A stretch of 64,000 bases of DNA from a bacterium (GTDB lineage Bacteria > T1Sed10-126): assembly GCA_003554945.1 (NCBI GenBank), contig PWHN01000102.1:240-64239 (forward strand), in the 5' to 3' direction. Below are positions 7,690 through 16,713 of this stretch, one piece after another. A program made the position numbers and the translations under genes. Below the pieces are notes generated by a model that was given only the letters and a program-made list of their open reading frames with translations, ran no database searches and had not been told where the DNA came from. The stretch's first letter is position 1; each line of letters starts with the position of its first letter.

Positions 7690-10536
7690 TTATCCGGGAC
7701 TTAAACCATCAATTAAAGGAGAAGCCTGGGAATGAGAAGTAAATTTGTGCTCAGAATCAAGAAACCAGTAAGAGGGACTGGAGGCAACTCGATCAACAAG
7801 CTCAACTATTTCAGGGTGGGCCGTGAGTATAAAGGTCTGGTTGCGCCGGGCAAGCTTTTCAAGCACAACAGCGGTTCGTTCGCGATGTGAAGGATCAAAA
7901 TTAACGGCCGAATCGTCAAGCAATACCGGCAGTGACGGTTCAATATTAAAAATACGGGCAAGACGAACGGAGAGAAACAACTGTTCTCTGGTGCCGCGAC
8001 TCAGTTCACCTGTTAACTGCTTGACCTGATCAGCACGTTCGGCATAAAACTCCAGTTTTTCGGGGTCTTCCTCGCAGGGACTGACCCCCAGGTAATCCTC
8101 ATCCGTTAATTCAGCAAATATTTCACCGGCATCCTCCAGCAGGCCACTGCGAGTGCGACGAACATAACGCCTGTAAAGACGATTAGAAAGCCGGGCGGCA
8201 ATTTTATTAACGGCGTATTCTTCAAGCCGGGGTAAAATTTTACTGCGGGCCTCATTGATCCTGCGGTTTGCCTGACGCAACTTCTCGTCGGTCGCCAGTT
8301 CCTCCTTCTGCGTACTTAACTGCCGTTTTTCCTCACAGAGCTGCTTAAGCTCTTCTTTCAACTCCTCAAGCTCCTTCTTGACTTCCGACTGCTCTTCTTT
8401 CACCTGGGACAAACGCGAGTATTTTTGCCAGAATTTATCAAAAGCCGACAGTAGCTCTGAGCTATCACCCGGTTCATCGAAGGCAAGTCGCGCACTCTCT
8501 TGATTTAGAGCTGCTTCCAGCTTCGCCATGGCTTTCTTTTTTCTCTCTTCTATAGCCCCCAGCTTCTCCCGCCGCTCGCCCAGCTCTTTAAATTCAAGCA
8601 ACCCCTCACGCAGTTCCTCAGCCGACCAGTTGTCCCCCTCTTCCAGCTCCACTCCGGGGGCGCGGCGCAGCAATTTTTCCACACGATTCTTAAAATTATC
8701 CCACTCTTTCTCAACCACACACAGCTCATTATGCACCTCAAGTAGTTCTTGTTTATTCTCAATTCCCCGGAAAATTTCTTCCGCCCCGTCGATAACATTT
8801 TCCGGCAGAGACGTCCCAGAAAAACAGTTCAGTAACTTTACTGCTGCAGAAAGCTCTTCCTTCAGACTGCGGCGCTCCGTATTAATTTTTTCTTCCAGAC
8901 TTTTCAGGGCGTTGTAACTTTCTCTGGCCTCATTAATCTGTCTGCAATATTCATCTACCCGGTCAGGAGCAACGTTTTCAGGTAAGTTAAAATCCGCGGC
9001 CATTTTTCTAAACTCTTCTTCCAGCCCGGAGAGTTCTTTCTTCCCTTCGGCCAGAGCTTTTCGATATTGCTCTGCAGCTTTTGTAAGTTCCTGGCGTCGA
9101 AATTCAAGTTCCTGACACAGACGACGTTTCTCAATTTGACTGTAGCTGCGCCAGCCGAAATAAGCGATTAGAGCAGCCGCGACAACGGCAGCACCTCCCG
9201 CCCAGAAAGGAAACATAGTTACAGCGGCAAATAGAGCAAGCAAAAATATAAATAAGGCCGAAAAAGCAGCAATGGGATAAAATGATGAAGCCTTGTCTGG
9301 ATCTGATTCGGGCATGCGTTCGAGTTCATCCTCGGCTTCCCTCAGATCTCTCTCGAGAGAGCTGATTTCATCCGACATCTTTTCATACTTGCAACCAAGG
9401 GCGGCCAACTTCTGACGCTTTTCAAAATCAAGCTCCACCTCCTCCAGTTTTTCCGGCTGCTGTTGCCACTGGCTGCCCAAAAACCTTAGCTTCTTCTCAA
9501 GTTCATCCTGATTATGTTTGTAATCACTTTCATATTCACGCAGATTTTTTAATTGTTCACGCCACCCGGATAAGGTGCGGTTGAACTTTGTTATCTCCTC
9601 ACCTCTCTCAGCAAGAACGTCTCTAATTTCACCAGCAGCAGAACCCGGTGACACCTGTTCCCAGTTTTGACGTTTATTTTTTAGTCTCTCCCATAAATCG
9701 GACAGCTCGTCCAGAAGTTCCTGCACAACACTAACTCCGCCGGGCGGGTACTGTTCAAGTAACTTCATCGCCTCGTCGTCCAGTTGCCCCCGGGCCTGCA
9801 GGTAACTGCTGTAAGACTCATAGTTATCAGCCAGAACAGTCAGCCTGTTTCGCTCCCGTTCACGTTCTTTTTTCAGTTCTTCAAGCTCTTTAATACGGCT
9901 ATCTTTTTCCGCCAATTCTTCAATTGTCTTCCGGTATTCTTCTACCTGATTGCGGGCTGCTTCCCGCCGCTGAATTGCCTCCGTAAGAGCAGTTCCGAGC
10001 TCTTTCAATTCGTAAGAAAAATCTCCCCGTTTACCGGCTATTTTTTTCGCCTCTTTTTCGAATTCTTCCTTAATACGAGGCACACGGACAACATCAGCCC
10101 AGCCGCCGCCAATTAAAACCGCCTGCAGTTCCAATTCTTCGCGATCCGCTGCCAGCGGCGGCACTCGCTGCAACTCTTCCAGACTAATTGTGAAAAGCAG
10201 CCTGTATCTTAACCCGGAAAGACCTCCGTAGACTTGCTCCAGTGAGTGGTCGATGCCTGTTATATCCGGCCGTTTATTCCCGCTCCGGTTGAGATGCGCT
10301 GTATCCTCGTTGACTACCAGGTCAGCTTCTACTCTGTAGCCACGTTCTTTATCGGTGGGCGGTGGAACGTTAGCCTGTGGAGGAATATCATAGCCCAGGT
10401 ATCGAATGACCTCCCGAAACGTTGACTTACCCGCTCTCTGTGGACCGGCAATTACGTTCAACCCGGGAGAAAAACCCTCAATATTCTCGTGTCGGTAGCA
10501 GCCAAAATCTTTTAGGAATAAATTTTTAATCCACAT
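7690..10536 (-). CDS. YhaN/SbcC-like AAA ATPase with long coiled coil and two central TM helices
   Basis: N-terminal Walker A GPQRAGKST, about 700 aa of E/K/L-rich coiled coil, and C-terminal SRGTREQLFLSVRLA plus LLDDSAVNFD (signature and Walker B). Hydrophobic pair at FYPIAAFSALFIFLLALFAAV...GGAAVVAAALIAYFGW. I chose the start at MWIKNL (10536), 1 nt after the upstream stop. Confidence 0.8.
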   Translation of the reverse strand: MWIKNLFLKDFGCYRHENIEGFSPGLNVIAGPQRAGKSTFREVIRYLGYDIPPQANVPPPTDKERGYRVEADLVVNEDTAHLNRSGNKRPDITGIDHSLEQVYGGLSGLRYRLLFTISLEELQRVPPLAADREELELQAVLIGGGWADVVRVPRIKEEFEKEAKKIAGKRGDFSYELKELGTALTEAIQRREAARNQVEEYRKTIEELAEKDSRIKELEELKKERERERNRLTVLADNYESYSSYLQARGQLDDEAMKLLEQYPPGGVSVVQELLDELSDLWERLKNKRQNWEQVSPGSAAGEIRDVLAERGEEITKFNRTLSGWREQLKNLREYESDYKHNQDELEKKLRFLGSQWQQQPEKLEEVELDFEKRQKLAALGCKYEKMSDEISSLERDLREAEDELERMPESDPDKASSFYPIAAFSALFIFLLALFAAVTMFPFWAGGAAVVAAALIAYFGWRSYSQIEKRRLCQELEFRRQELTKAAEQYRKALAEGKKELSGLEEEFRKMAADFNLPENVAPDRVDEYCRQINEARESYNALKSLEEKINTERRSLKEELSAAVKLLNCFSGTSLPENVIDGAEEIFRGIENKQELLEVHNELCVVEKEWDNFKNRVEKLLRRAPGVELEEGDNWSAEELREGLLEFKELGERREKLGAIEERKKKAMAKLEAALNQESARLAFDEPGDSSELLSAFDKFWQKYSRLSQVKEEQSEVKKELEELKEELKQLCEEKRQLSTQKEELATDEKLRQANRRINEARSKILPRLEEYAVNKIAARLSNRLYRRYVRRTRSGLLEDAGEIFAELTDEDYLGVSPCEEDPEKLEFYAERADQVKQLTGELSRGTREQLFLSVRLARIFNIEPSLPVLLDDSAVNFDPSHRERTAVVLEKLARRNQTFILTAHPEIVELVDRVASSPSYWFLDSEHKFTSHSQASPLIDGLSPG

Positions 10537-10537
10537 T

Positions 10538-11893
10538 TTATGTCGACTCCCCATAAAGCTCGTCCACTACCCGATCACGCGCCCGTAGAATAAACTGCTG
10601 GAGTAATTCAGAACTGAGCTGAAATTGGTCAGCGGATAGATCCTCAGCCTCTTTGGTATATTTCCAGCGACTGCCGCAGACATCGGCAAGTTCACAATGT
10701 GCCTCTTCATTTTCCAGGAGCTGACTTACAATCTCTTCAAGCTCAGCATAGACCTCGTCCTCTTCAATCAATTCATCAATTTCAGGCAAATGTCGAGCAG
10801 TATTAATCTCTATGCTCTCCGGCAATACAAAAGGACTACCGCCCGCATATTCACGCTGCAAATAAGCACCAATTTCCTCACGTAACTCCGCTTTTTGCTC
10901 CTGTAACTGCTGATGCAGCTCACATCTTCCCCGCAGTTGCCAGCGAACTGCATAGCCGGCTGGCTCAAAATCTCCGTTCTTATAACTAATTCCCTCAGAA
11001 ACAGCGCGCTCGTGCAGTAGCTCTTCAAACTCCTGTGCAATTATTTTCTCCGTCTCCCCGGCAAGTAAGTCCTGAAGATCACCTATGTTTTGGAGTGGCT
11101 CCTCCGTTTCCCCCAGATTAATTGTTTTTTGAAGCCAGATAACACGACCGGTTGGTAAGAAGGTTAACCGCGGACTTTTATTTCCCTCCACTTCTACCAG
11201 CAGACAACCAGCGACACCGGTTTCCAGCGGAGTCAATCCCTGGGAAACTCCGGGATAGGCAATGAGTGGTTCACCATCAAAAACTTCCAAGAAATGTCTG
11301 TGTCCCAGCGCCCAGTAATCAATCTGTTTCATTTCTCTTAAATCAGTTGGACTGCAGGGGACGTAACGATTACTGTCTCGTTCCAGGGAGGTGTGCAGAA
11401 GAGCCAAACAGGGGAGTGAAGGCTCGGAAGGGGTAAAATTTTCAAACAGGGGTTGTGACTCGTGGCGGGAACCGTAGGACTGACCTAAAATTCGAGCAAC
11501 CTCTTCTCCCTCTTTTTTTACAACTAATTCTTCCACTTCAGCGGCACTAAAGCGAACCACATTGGAAGGAAATTCAAAAAATTCGTGACCGCGGTCCATC
11601 GGGTCATGATTGCCATAAATCAGGTAGGCGTATATATCCTCCGCCCTCAGCCGTTCAAATTGCTCAATTAAAAAACGATTAGCCCGCACCGAACGGGACT
11701 CCCGATCGTAGATATCGCCACTCAAGAGGACAAAATCCACCGCTTCGGCAATCGCCCGATCAACAATTTGCTCGCAAGCCCGGTAGGTTCCGTGGTCAAC
11801 AAACTCACGCAACCGCCTGTCGTCTCCGGCGTCAACCTTCAGCGGCGCACCAAGATGTAAGTCCGAGGCATGAATAAATTTAACTTTCTCCAT
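10538..11893 (-). CDS. YhaO/SbcD-like metallophosphoesterase (DNA repair exonuclease family)
   Basis: Calcineurin-like motifs HASDLHLG, GDIYD, GNHD and GHRH, directly upstream of the SbcC-like ATPase. Start taken at MEKVKFIH (11893). Confidence 0.8.
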   Translation of the reverse strand: MEKVKFIHASDLHLGAPLKVDAGDDRRLREFVDHGTYRACEQIVDRAIAEAVDFVLLSGDIYDRESRSVRANRFLIEQFERLRAEDIYAYLIYGNHDPMDRGHEFFEFPSNVVRFSAAEVEELVVKKEGEEVARILGQSYGSRHESQPLFENFTPSEPSLPCLALLHTSLERDSNRYVPCSPTDLREMKQIDYWALGHRHFLEVFDGEPLIAYPGVSQGLTPLETGVAGCLLVEVEGNKSPRLTFLPTGRVIWLQKTINLGETEEPLQNIGDLQDLLAGETEKIIAQEFEELLHERAVSEGISYKNGDFEPAGYAVRWQLRGRCELHQQLQEQKAELREEIGAYLQREYAGGSPFVLPESIEINTARHLPEIDELIEEDEVYAELEEIVSQLLENEEAHCELADVCGSRWKYTKEAEDLSADQFQLSSELLQQFILRARDRVVDELYGEST

Positions 11894-12125
11894 TTGCCAC
11901 TCCCGCCTGCTAATACCTGAAATTTTTCGGCCGTCAAAGCATCTTATGGACATTTTTCGTGAATTATGAGATTGTCTATTTCAACAGCCGAAACATAAGA
12001 CCCAATTACTTTCATTATATACTACCACTTTACCTCGGAGGTTGAAAGTTTGAAAATCTTCAGAGTATGGTTGGTTTGAGAAATTTACGCAAAAGTAATT
12101 ATATTTTTACGAGAGGGTGATTCTA

Positions 12126-12500
12126 ATGGAAGCGGCACTGGGACAAATCACAGCCTACATACTCTTTTTCACCGGAATATTTCTGCTGCTTCGTTTCCGA
12201 GAGTTTTCAACTCTGGTGGAGGAGCTGTTAGAGATAAAGAGTCTCTTTTATCTTATCTGCGGTCTTTACGCCAGCGCCGGGCTTGTAATCATCAGCCTCC
12301 ACAACGTCTGGGTTTACGACGGCCGACTGCTGCTCACTCTTCTTGGATGGGCCATGGCACTTGAAGGAATGGCTTACTGTTTGCTTCCCTTCCCGATTGT
12401 GCGCCGCTGGGCGCGCAAATTTTACCACCCAGCCTGGTGGTTTCTCTGTGGCATCTGCGCAATTATCATAAGCTTCTTTTTACTTTCGGTCTTCGTCTGA
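12126..12500 (+). CDS. Small integral membrane protein, function unknown
   Basis: Four predicted hydrophobic helices. The ATG at 12126 is preceded by GAGAGGGTGAT (Shine-Dalgarno-like). Confidence 0.5.
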   Translation: MEAALGQITAYILFFTGIFLLLRFREFSTLVEELLEIKSLFYLICGLYASAGLVIISLHNVWVYDGRLLLTLLGWAMALEGMAYCLLPFPIVRRWARKFYHPAWWFLCGICAIIISFFLLSVFV

Positions 12501-12662
12501 AACAGCTCCACTTTCGGGCGAATAGGTCATTTCCTCAGACGACAGATCGATGAAGTTTGACTCCTCGAGCACGCACCCTTTTTGGCCCGGGTCACAACTT
12601 CGCTCCAGTCTGTAACAATAATCACGCTCGGGGTCCCGGTGCGGACAATCAAAAGATCCCAT
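12480..12662 (-). CDS. Small Cys-rich protein (60 aa), function unknown
   Basis: The ATG is preceded by AACAGGGTGATTTAACC (SD-like). Five Cys lie in the first 30 aa, followed by an acidic tail. Its 3' end overlaps the convergent membrane-protein gene by 21 nt. Confidence 0.45.
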   Translation of the reverse strand: MGSFDCPHRDPERDYCYRLERSCDPGQKGCVLEESNFIDLSSEEMTYSPESGAVSDEDRK

Positions 12663-12804
12663 GGTTAAATCACCCTGTTGCTTTCAAATTTTTTCAAAAA
12701 ATCAATTTTTGTTTATTCCAACAGAACTCTTTAATTTATCAAACGATAAAGTTAAAGTATATAGCTTAAAGAAACTAAACTATATTTTAACAGGGTGATT
12801 TTTT

Positions 12805-13908
12805 ATGTGTATGCAGCAAAATTTCAAACGTGTTCACAACTTTTTTGCCGGACCGGCAGTACTGCCCGAACCGGTTATAAACGAGGTTCAGAGAGAATTT
12901 GTAAATTTTAAGGACATGGGAGCTTCTGTTCTTGAAATAAGCCACCGTTCTGACGAATGGGAATCGACTATTGCCGGCTGTGTTGAAAAGATACGAAACC
13001 TCCTTTCCGTTCCGGACAACTACCATGTTCTCTTCCTGCAGGGTGGTGCCAGCACCCAGTTCGGGATGGTGCCTATGAATATTGCGCCAAAAGGTGGGCC
13101 GGTTCAACTTGTCCACACCGGACGCTGGTCGGAGAAGAAACTTACTGAGTTAAAGATTCAGAACATCGATTACGATATCATTGCTTCCAGTGAAGAGACA
13201 AACTACGATCGGGTACCAGAATTTGACCCGAGCAACATAAACCCAGATGCGGAGTATTTCCACATCTGTTCTAACGAAACCATCGGCGGTGTCCAGTGGC
13301 AGCAATACCCGGAGACCGGCGATGTGCCCCTGGTTGCTGACATGTCTTCGGACATCATGAGTCGGCCGTTGGATATTGAAAAATTTGGACTGATTTATGC
13401 CGGCGCCCAGAAAAACGTCGGTCCCGCCGGTGCAACTCTGGTCATCATCCGTGACGACCTTGTCCAGCGCACACCGGACGATGTGCCGACAATGCTCCGC
13501 TATGAGACTCACGTCAAGAAAGACTCCATGTACAACACTCCGCCTGTCTTCTCCATTTATGTCGTCGACAAGGTAATGGAATGGCTTCAGGAACAGGGCG
13601 GTGTCGAAGCTATGGCGAAGAAAAATGAAAAGAAAGCCAACCTTGTTTACAACGTAATTGACGAGGACGATTTCTATCGTGGTGCCGCTCACCCTGACAG
13701 TCGCTCTAAAATCAACATCACGTTCCGACTGCCCAGCGAAGAGCTGGAGGAAAAATTCGTTGCTGAAGCGGAAGCTGAAGATCTGGTTGGCCTAAAAGGT
13801 CACCGCTCCGTGGGCGGTTGCCGGGCTTCCATGTATAACAGTCTTCCTGTTGAAGCAGCCGAAGCGCTCGCCGAATTTATGAGCGACTTTCGTAATAAAA
13901 ACGGCTAA
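12805..13908 (+). CDS. serC: Phosphoserine aminotransferase
   Basis: FFAGPAVLPEPV N-terminus, FLQGGASTQF, YAGAQKNVGPAG (PLP-lysine region), and a length of 367 aa. Confidence 0.9.
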   Translation: MCMQQNFKRVHNFFAGPAVLPEPVINEVQREFVNFKDMGASVLEISHRSDEWESTIAGCVEKIRNLLSVPDNYHVLFLQGGASTQFGMVPMNIAPKGGPVQLVHTGRWSEKKLTELKIQNIDYDIIASSEETNYDRVPEFDPSNINPDAEYFHICSNETIGGVQWQQYPETGDVPLVADMSSDIMSRPLDIEKFGLIYAGAQKNVGPAGATLVIIRDDLVQRTPDDVPTMLRYETHVKKDSMYNTPPVFSIYVVDKVMEWLQEQGGVEAMAKKNEKKANLVYNVIDEDDFYRGAAHPDSRSKINITFRLPSEELEEKFVAEAEAEDLVGLKGHRSVGGCRASMYNSLPVEAAEALAEFMSDFRNKNG

Positions 13909-13910
13909 CT

Positions 13911-14576
13911 TTGAAGGACAACGATAGGGGCAATAACTCTTCTGGCCCAGAAAAACCAGAAGAACAACCACCGGAACAGAGGGTGTTTGCCAACCGGCTG
14001 ACAGTGACGCTCATTGTTTTCGAGCTCGCCGTTGGAATTTTCGGGCTGGTCGGTGGCCACCTGTCAGGCGTTGATTGGCCCTATTTTTTTCGTTTTGAGA
14101 ATGAAGCTATCAGCCTGGGGGTAGTTACCGGAGCCGCCATTTTTGGCTTCAACGCTCTGGTTCTTTTCTCCTGGGTTGAACGTAACCCGCTCTATCGCTG
14201 GGTTTATGAGCCCTTTGCCCGGGCTCTGCTCAAACCGCTAAAAATGCTCAGCATAGAAGACATCATCTTCATATCAATTCTTTCGGGAGTTGCAGAAGAG
14301 CTGCTCTTCCGCGGCTGGATTATGGGAGTCTTTTTCATGTTTGACCGGCCCTGGCTGGGACTTGTAGTCTCCAGCGTCGTCTTCGGATTGATACACATCT
14401 GGGGGCGGCAGGGAATTGGTTACGGAGTTTATGCTACCGGGATGGGATTTGTTCTGGGATTGCTGTTTATTTTTACCGATGTTATCTGGGCGCCTATCCT
14501 GGCGCATGGGGTTAACAATCTATTCAGCATGATATCGATGAAATACGGACTAACTCCAGCCCCCCCGGAAAAATAG
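13911..14576 (+). CDS. CPBP-family intramembrane glutamic endopeptidase (CAAX protease-like)
   Basis: Polytopic membrane protein with EELLFRG, FGLIH and HGVNN motifs. A TTG start 3 nt after the serC stop is assumed. Confidence 0.8.
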   Translation: MKDNDRGNNSSGPEKPEEQPPEQRVFANRLTVTLIVFELAVGIFGLVGGHLSGVDWPYFFRFENEAISLGVVTGAAIFGFNALVLFSWVERNPLYRWVYEPFARALLKPLKMLSIEDIIFISILSGVAEELLFRGWIMGVFFMFDRPWLGLVVSSVVFGLIHIWGRQGIGYGVYATGMGFVLGLLFIFTDVIWAPILAHGVNNLFSMISMKYGLTPAPPEK

Positions 14577-14608
14577 AAATTTATGGCTCTATTGAAGTTT
14601 TTGGTCAA

Positions 14609-14630
14609 GTAGGGATTGGACCCTACTTTG
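14609..14630 (+). terminator. Weak hairpin plus short T-run after the CPBP gene
   Basis: GTAGGG-ATTGGA-CCCTAC followed by TTTG. The stem is only 6 bp and the T-tract is short. Confidence 0.3.
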
Positions 14631-14646
14631 TAAAAGAGAAACGGTA

Positions 14647-14805
14647 GTTCTGAGAACCGATGTGTTTCTGACGTATTTATAAATACCTCAAACCCCAGGA
14701 TGGGGTTGTTTTGAGGTCTTTATACCTCGGAAGTGGCCCCGAGGGCCACGAGAATGATGTCAGAAATATATCGGTCCTCAGAACGGGGAAACTGCGAAAC
14801 TTTAG
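14647..14805 (+). ncRNA. Unclassified structured element, copy 1 (candidate ncRNA or structured mobile repeat)
   Basis: A 26-position closing helix (14647-14672 with 14759-14784) has one mismatch and two G-U pairs valid only on the plus strand. It encloses two internal hairpins. The tail is 30/33 identical to the reverse complement of 31357-31389. Confidence 0.45.
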
Positions 14806-14845
14806 TATTATCAAAAAGAGCGAAATAATCTATAATTAGTGCATG

Positions 14846-14874
14846 TTGAATTGATTAGCAGTAACTTTTAAATT
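14846..14874 (+). promoter_or_regulatory. Candidate sigma70-type promoter of rpsT
   Basis: TTGAAT, 17 nt, TAATT-like hexamer TAAATT, ending 18 nt before the rpsT ATG, with a GGAGGTG RBS in between. Confidence 0.4.
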
Positions 14875-14892
14875 TTAGTGGAGGTGTATTTA

Positions 14893-15150
14893 ATGCCAAC
14901 TTCAAAATCAGCGGAAAAACGTATCCGCCAGAATGAGAAAAAACGTCAGTATAACAAGCAATACCGCACCACAATTAAGAAAGCCCGGCGCGAACTTGAA
15001 GAGGCCGTGGAAGCTAAAGCCGACGAAGAGAAAATTGATGAGCTGCGGCGAGAAGCACTCGGTTGCGTTGATAAAGCAGCGAACAAAGGGGTTATTCACC
15101 GTAACAAAGCTGCACGCCTTAAGTCACAGATTGACCGGCTCGCCTCTTAA
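14893..15150 (+). CDS. rpsT: 30S ribosomal protein S20
   Basis: MPTSKSAEKRIRQNEKKR... is a typical S20 N-terminus, in a basic 85-aa protein. The ATG at 14893 follows GGAGGTG. Confidence 0.93.
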   Translation: MPTSKSAEKRIRQNEKKRQYNKQYRTTIKKARRELEEAVEAKADEEKIDELRREALGCVDKAANKGVIHRNKAARLKSQIDRLAS

Positions 15151-16193
15151 TAACTTCTCAAATACCTGTATTGCCTGGTAAGAAAACGTGAGAGGATAAG
15201 CTCTGCTTGCTCTGGACTGCCGTATTTTATTGAACAGGAAGTTCGATAAGATTCACGGAAGAAGTTTTCAGGATAACGGCCGGTTATATTTTTAAGTGCC
15301 TGCTTATACTGTGTCATGATTCCTTTAGAGGTTGGAATATTCATTTCTCCAAGGATTTCTTTCAGGCGACGGCCTCGACGTCTCTCTCTCTGTAAAATTC
15401 GAACCTTGCTTAAAAAACTGAAAATTATTGAGAAAATCTTGTAAGGATCCTCGCCTTCCCGCAGCAAATCCTGCAGAACGATGAGTATCTCCTCAAGGTT
15501 TCCCGTTGATATTTTTGCTTTCAACTCCTGGTATGCGTCGTCTGCACTCTCATCGCTTATAATCGCTTCAACGTCCTCCGGGCCGATATTTGGTTGACCA
15601 AACTGAATCAGTTTATCGGCTTCCAGCTGTGCCCGTGCCAACTTACCTTTTGTCTTTTCCAGCAGACGCTGCAGAGCGGAAGGTTCTATCTTCACCCCGG
15701 CATCCTCTATCCGAGATCTAATACGTTGACGCAGGGAGTTTTCGAACGGCTCCCAGAAGACTATGACCCAACCGCCGGCCGACTCAACAGATGCGGCCAG
15801 CTTACCCAGTTTTCTACCTTTTTTATAGGGATGGTCGGCGTCCTCAATAATTAAGTGGGTATTTGGTTCAGGAGTGGAAAGGAAATCTTCAATGGCTTCG
15901 TAATGTTTCTCCAGTCCCGTCCGCCCACCGTCTTTCCGTTCCATCTGCTTTAAAATTAGCCAGGTTGTTGACTTAAAGAGACCGGGTGAACGCAGCTCCG
16001 AGATTAACTCGTCAGCCTCGATCTCGTCGGCATAGACTTTTATTATTTCTCTTTCCGGATCTGGAAAATTTGTCTCCAACTCTTCTAAAAATTCTGTCTT
16101 GAGCTGCGCCTCAGGACCGCTGGCCAGGACAACCGGTGGAATTTCTTTATAGCTCCCCCGGCGCCAGCTGTCATAGGCCTGTCCTAACCCCAT
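15147..16193 (-). CDS. holA: DNA polymerase III delta subunit
   Basis: 348 aa with a HolA-like layout, immediately downstream of an LptE-like lipoprotein (the classic lptE-holA pair). Confidence 0.7.
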   Translation of the reverse strand: MGLGQAYDSWRRGSYKEIPPVVLASGPEAQLKTEFLEELETNFPDPEREIIKVYADEIEADELISELRSPGLFKSTTWLILKQMERKDGGRTGLEKHYEAIEDFLSTPEPNTHLIIEDADHPYKKGRKLGKLAASVESAGGWVIVFWEPFENSLRQRIRSRIEDAGVKIEPSALQRLLEKTKGKLARAQLEADKLIQFGQPNIGPEDVEAIISDESADDAYQELKAKISTGNLEEILIVLQDLLREGEDPYKIFSIIFSFLSKVRILQRERRRGRRLKEILGEMNIPTSKGIMTQYKQALKNITGRYPENFFRESYRTSCSIKYGSPEQAELILSRFLTRQYRYLRSY

Positions 16194-16194
16194 T

Positions 16195-16713
16195 TTAACC
16201 GGAGATGTAGGGCCAGCCCTCGACCGTGCTTGTTAGAACGTCACGTCCAAGTTGACGTATAATACGATCCTGGGCCTGGTATTCAGTTTCACGGGGAGGA
16301 ATTACTTCTGAGAAAGTAGTCTCTCTAAATATATTTTCAAATCCACGAATCATCTCGCCGGTTTCAACATCTATCAACTCAAGTGCGATTTCAACCCGTA
16401 ATTTGTATTGTTCCACCACATCCCGCTCACCAAAAGCAAGTGGAATTTTAAGATACTCGTTTATTTCACCCTTAATTTTTACGTCCGCCTGTTCGGGAGC
16501 GACAAGCCGCAGCTCCCCGTGAGCTATTAGCTGGTCATACACTTCATCCGTAAGCCGTCGCTCCAGATCAGTTTCACCGGTGTTGTTCTCAAACGTAGAC
16601 AGGGCTACATGACTCATTTCTGGGGGAATACTGGTCTTGCCGGCCAGACCACAGGAAGAGAGCAAAATTACCAACAGCAGTAAAGAAGCTATCCAACCCT
16701 TTTTAATATTCAT
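16195..16713 (-). CDS. lptE: LptE-like LPS-assembly lipoprotein
   Basis: Signal peptide with a LLSSC lipobox, about 170 aa, positioned directly upstream of holA. The assignment rests mainly on synteny and size. Confidence 0.5.
   Translation of the reverse strand: MNIKKGWIASLLLLVILLSSCGLAGKTSIPPEMSHVALSTFENNTGETDLERRLTDEVYDQLIAHGELRLVAPEQADVKIKGEINEYLKIPLAFGERDVVEQYKLRVEIALELIDVETGEMIRGFENIFRETTFSEVIPPRETEYQAQDRIIRQLGRDVLTSTVEGWPYISG

Noticed and set aside
12667-12801. Perfect 13-nt inverted repeat AACAGGGTGATTT placed just before the start codons of the divergent genes at 12662 (minus) and 12805 (plus, serC).
   Set aside because: It is largely explained as an extended Shine-Dalgarno sequence (GGGTGAT complements the 16S 3' end). 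AGGGTGATT also precedes the ATG at 12126. It is therefore not convincing as a shared operator, though the 13/13 identity is more than the SD alone requires.
14649-14793. Hammerhead-like strings (CUGAGA near the 5' arm, GAAA in the tail) in the structured element.
   Set aside because: The core does not fit: CUGA-N-GA is not satisfied (CUGAGAA in copy 1, CUGAGCA in copy 2). The helices are not arranged around the strings as in a hammerhead.
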